DNA from: Opitutales bacterium
GTDB lineage: Bacteria > Verrucomicrobiota > Verrucomicrobiia > Opitutales > Opitutaceae
DNA: 48,111 nucleotides
Direction: 5' to 3'
Assembly (NCBI GenBank): GCA_900299415.1
Contig: OMJT01000022.1
Coordinates: 1-48,111, forward strand
Positions within the stretch are counted from its first letter, which is position 1, and each line of letters opens with the position of its first letter. Under the pieces are notes generated by a model. It ran no database searches and was not told where the DNA came from. It saw nothing but the letters and a program-made list of their open reading frames with translations. The position numbers were made by a program, and so were the translations under genes. Below, in pieces: positions 43,346 to 48,111 of the stretch.

Positions 43346-45517
43346 TCAGGACCACTTCAGGTCTTGGTCGACCAAGGGCAGGGTGCGGACGCGCTTGCCG
43401 GTCGCGGCAAAGATGGCGTTGCACAGCGCGGGCGCCGCTGCCGGCAGGCCCGGCTCGCCGAGTCCCGTGGGGGCGGCGGTTGACTTCACGAAGTGCACCG
43501 CCACGGCTGGCGGGGCTTCGTTCATCCGCAGCTGCGGGTATTGCGTGAAATTGGCCTGGGCCGCGCCGCCCTGTTCGATCGTGATCTTCTGGTACCACGC
43601 GGCGCTGATGCCATCGAGCATCGCCCCCTGCACCTGGCCCTCAGCCGAGCTAAGGTTGACGATGATGCCGGCATCCACTGCGGCCGTGAGCCGGTTGATC
43701 CTGAGTGCGCCCTGCGGACTGACCGTCACTTCTGCGACGATCGCGACATGGGCGTTGTTGGTGTGGGTGATTGCCAGGCCGAGGCCCTGGCCGCGCGGTA
43801 GCTTTCGACCCCAGCCGGCCTGCTCGGTCGCGAGCTTCAGCACGGCGGTCATTTTCGCGGGCGAAAATGCGCCGCCGAAGCCCCCGCGGCCGACGCCCGC
43901 GCCCGGGGCGGGGATCGTGGCCAGAAGCCCGAGGGTAAACTCCAGGGGATCGCGCCCAGCAGCGTGGGCCAGCTCGTCCACGAACGACTGCGTCGCCCAG
44001 GTGTTGCCGTTGTCGCCGGGGGCGCGCCAGTAGCCTGTGGGGATGGTGCCGTTGAGTTTGCTCGACTGTACCCGCGAGCCGGGGATGGCGGTGAAGGGGA
44101 AGCCACCGGCGTTCATGTCGCCCGGGCCGCCGAGCATCTTTACGAAGGTGTCCTGCAGATCCGCGACCTTGCCGGTGCCGTCCACGCCGGCCTGGAAATA
44201 GTGCCAGCCGTTCGACCGGTACTGGTCGTGCGTGAAGTCGTGCTCGCGCATCCAGGTCAGCTTCACCGGCGTGCCCTCGAGGCGTTTGGCGATCACGGCG
44301 GTCTCGAGCGCGAACTCATTGCTGCTGCGGCGGCCGAAGCCGCCGCCGAGGCGCGGGACATGCACGATGACGTCCCGGGCGGCCGGGCCGAGCCCTTGCG
44401 TGACCATGCCCTGTGCGCTGCCTGGCATTTGGGTTGGGCTCCACAGTTCCATCACACCGTTCCGGAAAAGCGCGGTGCTGTTCTGCGGCTCGAGAGTGGC
44501 GTGGGCGAGGAAGGGGTAGTGATAGACGGACTCGACGACCTTGACGTCCGCCGGCCAGCGCGGAGCCTGCACGGCCTTCGCGAGGGTCTCGGCCTGCTTC
44601 GCCATTTCGGCGCTGTTCTGGCCTGCGCCGGGACCGAGGTCCCATTGCACCTTGAGCTGCTCGGCGGCCTTGAAGGCCTGCCAGGTCGACGCGGCCACGA
44701 TGGCGATGCCGGGCGTGAGGCCGGTGACGCCGTCGAGCAGGAATGCGTCGCGCACGCCGGGCAGCTTTTTCACCTCGTCGAGGTTGGCGCTGACGGGTTT
44801 GCCGCCGTAGGTGCGGCACTTCACGTAGGCGGCGTAGACCATGCCGGGAAGCTTCTGATCGATGCCGAAGAGCGGCTGGCCCGTGACGATCTTCTGGCTG
44901 TCCACGCCGGGGACGCGGGTGCCCACGAGCTTGAAATCCTTCGGGTCCTTGAGAGCCACGTTGGCCGGGACGGGCAGGGTGGCGGCCTTGGCCGCGAGGG
45001 CGCCGTAGCCGAGGCGGCGGTTGGAGGCGGCGTGCAGGACCTCGCCGTTGGCCGTGGTGCACTCGGCCTCGGCCACGCCCCAGGTCTGGGCGGCGGCTGT
45101 GACCAGCATGGCCCGCGCCGTCGCGCCGGCTTGGCGCAGGGCGGTGAAGTTGCTGGGGGTGGACTGGCTGCCCACGGCCATCTGGCGGCCATAGGCGGGG
45201 TTCAGGTCGCCCTGGGTGACGGTCACACTCGCCCAGGCCACATCCAGTTCCTCCGCGATGATGAGCGGGAGCGCGGTCTTGGCGCCTTGGCCCATTTCGG
45301 AGTTGGGGGCGATCAATGAGACGGCCCCGCTCGGGGCGATGCGGATGAAGGCGTTCGGGGAGAAGTCTGGGCCGCCGGGGGCCGTCTGGGCGGAAGCCGT
45401 GGCGGCGCCGAAGCGCAGGTAGGTTCCGACGAGCAGGCCGCCGCCAGCGAGGGCGGTGACCTTGAGAAAATCGCGGCGATCGAGGCTAGACAGGGACGAG
45501 GGGGCTGGGGTGCTCAT
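43346..45517 (-). CDS. Molybdopterin-binding oxidoreductase large subunit (IorB / aldehyde oxidase beta-subunit family) with Tat signal
   Basis: Tat motif SLDRRDFLKVTALAGGG. ~723 aa with IorB-like blocks. ATG 45517 is preferred. Confidence 0.85.
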   Translation of the reverse strand: MSTPAPSSLSSLDRRDFLKVTALAGGGLLVGTYLRFGAATASAQTAPGGPDFSPNAFIRIAPSGAVSLIAPNSEMGQGAKTALPLIIAEELDVAWASVTVTQGDLNPAYGRQMAVGSQSTPSNFTALRQAGATARAMLVTAAAQTWGVAEAECTTANGEVLHAASNRRLGYGALAAKAATLPVPANVALKDPKDFKLVGTRVPGVDSQKIVTGQPLFGIDQKLPGMVYAAYVKCRTYGGKPVSANLDEVKKLPGVRDAFLLDGVTGLTPGIAIVAASTWQAFKAAEQLKVQWDLGPGAGQNSAEMAKQAETLAKAVQAPRWPADVKVVESVYHYPFLAHATLEPQNSTALFRNGVMELWSPTQMPGSAQGMVTQGLGPAARDVIVHVPRLGGGFGRRSSNEFALETAVIAKRLEGTPVKLTWMREHDFTHDQYRSNGWHYFQAGVDGTGKVADLQDTFVKMLGGPGDMNAGGFPFTAIPGSRVQSSKLNGTIPTGYWRAPGDNGNTWATQSFVDELAHAAGRDPLEFTLGLLATIPAPGAGVGRGGFGGAFSPAKMTAVLKLATEQAGWGRKLPRGQGLGLAITHTNNAHVAIVAEVTVSPQGALRINRLTAAVDAGIIVNLSSAEGQVQGAMLDGISAAWYQKITIEQGGAAQANFTQYPQLRMNEAPPAVAVHFVKSTAAPTGLGEPGLPAAAPALCNAIFAATGKRVRTLPLVDQDLKWS

Positions 45518-45566
45518 GACGGGTCCACTGAGCTTGGGGTAGGATCCCCGGGTTGACCAGTCCGGA

Positions 45567-46739
45567 TCAATCCACCGCGCCGGTGGACCGCCGCCGCAGC
45601 TGGCCGCAGGCGGCGTCGATCTCGGGTCCGCGGGAACGCCGGAAATGGGCCACGACCCCACGGTCGTGGAGCACCGCGGCGAAACGCCCGGCCGTGGCGT
45701 CCGAGGAGGGATGGTACTCGATCCCACGCAGGCTCAGCCCGGTGGGGTTGTAGCGCAGGAGATTCACGTGCATCCGGCGCCCGGCCAGGAGCTCCGCCAG
45801 GTTTTCAGCGTGACCCACGGTGTCGTTCACGCCGGCGAGCAGGCAGTACTGGATCGTCACGGGCCGGCCGCGCCGGGATTGGAAGCGATCGGCGGCCGCG
45901 AGGATGTCGGCGATCGGGAACCTCCGCCCCATCGGCAGGAGTTGCGCCCGCGTCGCGTCGTCGGGGGCATGGAGCGAAACCGCCAGGTGCACGCCTAGGC
46001 CGGAGTCAGCCAGGGCATCGATGCCCGGGACAATCCCGACCGTGGACACGGTGATCTGGCGCCAGCCAAGGCCACCCAGGTCGTTGTCACCGAGGCGGCG
46101 CACAGCGGCGAGGACGGCCTCGAGGTTGAGCATTGGCTCGCCCATGCCCATGAAGACGATGGTCTGGAGGCGCCGGCCAGCGGCATGGGCCTCGCGCCGG
46201 AGGGCGAGGAATTGCTCCACCATTTCCCCGGCGGTGAGATTGCGCTCAAAACCGGATTTGGTGGTGGCGCAGAAGTCGCAGCCCATCGCGCACCCCACCT
46301 GCGAGGAGACGCATCCGGCGGCGCGATCGGCACGGAAATCAGGCATCAGCACGGATTCGACGGTGCGTCCATCGGCGAGCCGCAAGAGCAGCTTCGTCGT
46401 GCCATCCGCTGCTACCTGCCGCCGGGTCAGCGCCGGGCCGGCCCTCCCGCCTTGCAGTCGGGTGGTCAGATTGGCGGGCATGCCCCGGGTGGCGGCCTCG
46501 TCCAGCACGCCCGTAGCGTAGTAGCGCCGCAGCAGCCGCGCGGCGTGGCTGGGCTTAAATCCCCACTGCGCGAAGACCCGGCCTAGGTCGGCTGGTTCGA
46601 ATTCGCTGAGCGGGGGAGTCGGGAGGGACGGTTCCAAGGCGGATGGGTTCCCGCCACGGAAACCGCGGATGCGCCGCGTGGGAAGGTGAATGTGGCAGGG
46701 GCGGCCGTGCTCTGCCGTTGACCCGCGCAACGGGCGCAA
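45567..46739 (-). CDS. Second RlmN/Cfr-family radical SAM methyltransferase
   Basis: CVSSQVGCAMGCDFCATTKSG, FMGMGEPMLN, VSLHAP and AACGQL. No ATG lies near the 5' end. The start is TTG 46739 (ORF track) or TTG 46637 (MEPSLPTPPLSEFEP). Confidence 0.8.
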   Translation of the reverse strand: MRPLRGSTAEHGRPCHIHLPTRRIRGFRGGNPSALEPSLPTPPLSEFEPADLGRVFAQWGFKPSHAARLLRRYYATGVLDEAATRGMPANLTTRLQGGRAGPALTRRQVAADGTTKLLLRLADGRTVESVLMPDFRADRAAGCVSSQVGCAMGCDFCATTKSGFERNLTAGEMVEQFLALRREAHAAGRRLQTIVFMGMGEPMLNLEAVLAAVRRLGDNDLGGLGWRQITVSTVGIVPGIDALADSGLGVHLAVSLHAPDDATRAQLLPMGRRFPIADILAAADRFQSRRGRPVTIQYCLLAGVNDTVGHAENLAELLAGRRMHVNLLRYNPTGLSLRGIEYHPSSDATAGRFAAVLHDRGVVAHFRRSRGPEIDAACGQLRRRSTGAVD

Positions 46740-46752
46740 CTCACCTCAGCGC

Positions 46753-47361
46753 ATGAAGACCCCCGCGCTGACTCCGAGCGATGTCGGCTCCCCCCGTCTG
46801 GCCGGATCCAACCGGGTGGCCGGTAGCGAGGTCATAGTCGTGGCCGGCGGTCGGGACATCTGGGAGACCAGTGATGAATGTCATTTCGCCCATGCCCGGG
46901 TGTCGGGTGATTTTACGCTCACGGCCAATGTGGCCGCGCTGGCGATGGCCGATCTGTACACCAAGGCAGGGCTGATGCTGCGGACCTCACTTGAGGCAGG
47001 TGCCGAGCATGTGTTCCTGCTCTCGTTCGGCGACAACCAGGCGCGTAACCGGAACAACGGCGGAATCGAGTTCCAGTTCCGGACCCAGCCCAATGCCGCC
47101 TGCACGGGCGTCTATCCGCCGCAGCCCCTGCCGGCCCAGCCGGTTTTCCCCGCGAACTTTCCCCGGGTCTGGCTGCGCCTCAGTCGCCAGGGCGACACAT
47201 TCGCCGCGAGCCACAGCAGCGACGGTTGGGCCTGGCGCACCCTCACGGTGCATCGGCAGGCGCTCCCGGCCGCGGCGTATATCGGCCTGGCCGTGACGTC
47301 CCATAACGTCGACCAAACCGTCCGCGCGGTGTTCCGGCAGGTGGAATTGGTCCAGCCTTGA
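46753..47361 (+). CDS. DUF1349-like concanavalin A-type lectin/glucanase-fold protein
   Basis: 202 aa from ATG 46753. SDVGSP.LAGS, AGGRDIW, GDFTLTA and YTKAGLMLR match the pattern of the DUF1349 jelly-roll family. There is no signal peptide. Confidence 0.55.
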   Translation: MKTPALTPSDVGSPRLAGSNRVAGSEVIVVAGGRDIWETSDECHFAHARVSGDFTLTANVAALAMADLYTKAGLMLRTSLEAGAEHVFLLSFGDNQARNRNNGGIEFQFRTQPNAACTGVYPPQPLPAQPVFPANFPRVWLRLSRQGDTFAASHSSDGWAWRTLTVHRQALPAAAYIGLAVTSHNVDQTVRAVFRQVELVQP

Positions 47362-47373
47362 CCGTCCGGAAAC

Positions 47374-48111
47374 TCAGTTCCGGCCGGCGCGCGGGACCTT
47401 GCGGGCCTTGGACTCCGCAAACTCGCGCATTACCTGGAGGCGCTGGCGGGCCCGCTCATCGTCGTCGATCTGCTCGCGGGTGCGCTGCGTGTCCTGCTTG
47501 GCCATGGCGCGGCGCATCTTGGAAAGGGCGAGGTACTCGAGTTGGCGGATGCGCTCCCGCGTGACGTGGAAGCGCTTACCAACCTCTTCGAGTGTGAGTT
47601 CGTCTCGGCCCTCAAAGCCGAAGCGGAGGCGGATAATCTCGGCCTCGCGCTCGTCGAGCGAGTCGACCATGTCCTTCAGGGCCTGGTAGCGGGTGCGCTC
47701 ATTGAGGCTCTCGTGCGGGTCGACGGCGCTCTCGTCGCCGACGAGGTCGCCGAATGTGCCCGAGTCGGAGTCCTCGCCAACCGGCGCATCAAGGGAGGCC
47801 GGGCGGACGGTGACGGACTTCAGGTGGGCGACCTTGCTGGTCGGGATCTGGAGCTCGATCGCCAGCTCCTCATCCGTCGGCTCGCGGCCGAGTTGCTCGG
47901 TGAGCGCCATTGCGGTGCGGCGCATCTTCGAGATCTTGTCCACGAGGTGGACGGGCAGGCGGATGGTCTTCGACTGGTTGGCGAGGGCGCGCTTGATGGA
48001 TTGCTTGATCCACCACGCGGCGTAGGTGGAGAGCTTGCCGCCCTTGCGGGGGTCGAAGCGCTCCACGGCCTTGATCAGGCCGATGTTGCCCTCGCTGATG
48101 AGGTCGAGGAG
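47374..48111 (-). CDS. RNA polymerase sigma-70 family factor (RpoD-like), 5' end outside the window
   Basis: The frame stays open to the window edge ([21 protein letters not shown]). It has region 2.4/3 ([23 protein letters not shown]) and region 4 ([21 protein letters not shown]). Confidence 0.9.
   Translation of the reverse strand, partial: LLDLISEGNIGLIKAVERFDPRKGGKLSTYAAWWIKQSIKRALANQSKTIRLPVHLVDKISKMRRTAMALTEQLGREPTDEELAIELQIPTSKVAHLKSVTVRPASLDAPVGEDSDSGTFGDLVGDESAVDPHESLNERTRYQALKDMVDSLDEREAEIIRLRFGFEGRDELTLEEVGKRFHVTRERIRQLEYLALSKMRRAMAKQDTQRTREQIDDDERARQRLQVMREFAESKARKVPRAGRN

Noticed and set aside
42937-43548. 203-aa ORF starting MSDYGFVGF.. overlapping the WXXGXW gene and the IorB 3' end
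   Set aside because: Only its first ~20 residues (the tail of the O-antigen ligase frame) look protein-like. The rest is Arg/Cys/Pro-rich and overlaps better-supported features.

Overview
48.1-kb, roughly 65% GC bacterial chromosomal segment. Protein signatures suggest a Verrucomicrobiota/Opitutales-like genome (inference only): a PVC-type CxxCH heme-binding lipoprotein, a GldA/F/G-type ABC module with DUF4340, type II glutamine synthetase, and C-rich leaders lacking Shine-Dalgarno sequences. All identifications rest on reading motifs by eye; no searches were run. I support about 50 protein genes, mostly housekeeping: rnc, a parA-like ATPase, argS, ruvX, truA, accD, folC, metF, rlmN, leuA, dnaX, glnII and a 5'-partial sigma-70. 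There is a malonate module (madL-madM-matB with a convergent IclR), an ECF sigma/anti-sigma/LTXXQ envelope-stress module, a tRNA-Cys(GCA), and an SRP (4.5S-type) RNA just upstream of dnaX that is hidden under spurious ORFs. There is no CRISPR array, prophage or obvious defence island. The left edge may clip an IS3-type element. Observations most worth a second look: (1) dnaX is split at an A10 run carrying an in-phase A_AAA_AAG heptamer. The 0 frame yields a gamma-sized protein, and the -1 frame continues 107 codons into a tau-like C-terminus. (2) A ComF-family gene has an in-frame TGA exactly at the last conserved zinc-ribbon Cys, followed by an 8-bp hairpin. (3) Tandem heptanucleotide arrays (consensus GTTGARC, 5-7 units) abut the start codons of at least five genes in gene orientation, including a 39-nt inverted pair. 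(4) Pyrimidine-rich leaders lack SD sequences and share a recurrent CCCGTTC motif. (5) GC-rich palindromic REP-like elements with GTAGSCC ends sit after stop codons. (6) An overlapping three-gene operon encodes a 135-aa mini kinase-like protein, a PP2C phosphatase and a GGCT-like enzyme. (7) A decayed O-antigen-ligase / WXXGXW locus. Many long ORFs in the supplied track are high-GC antisense shadow ORFs and were rejected.
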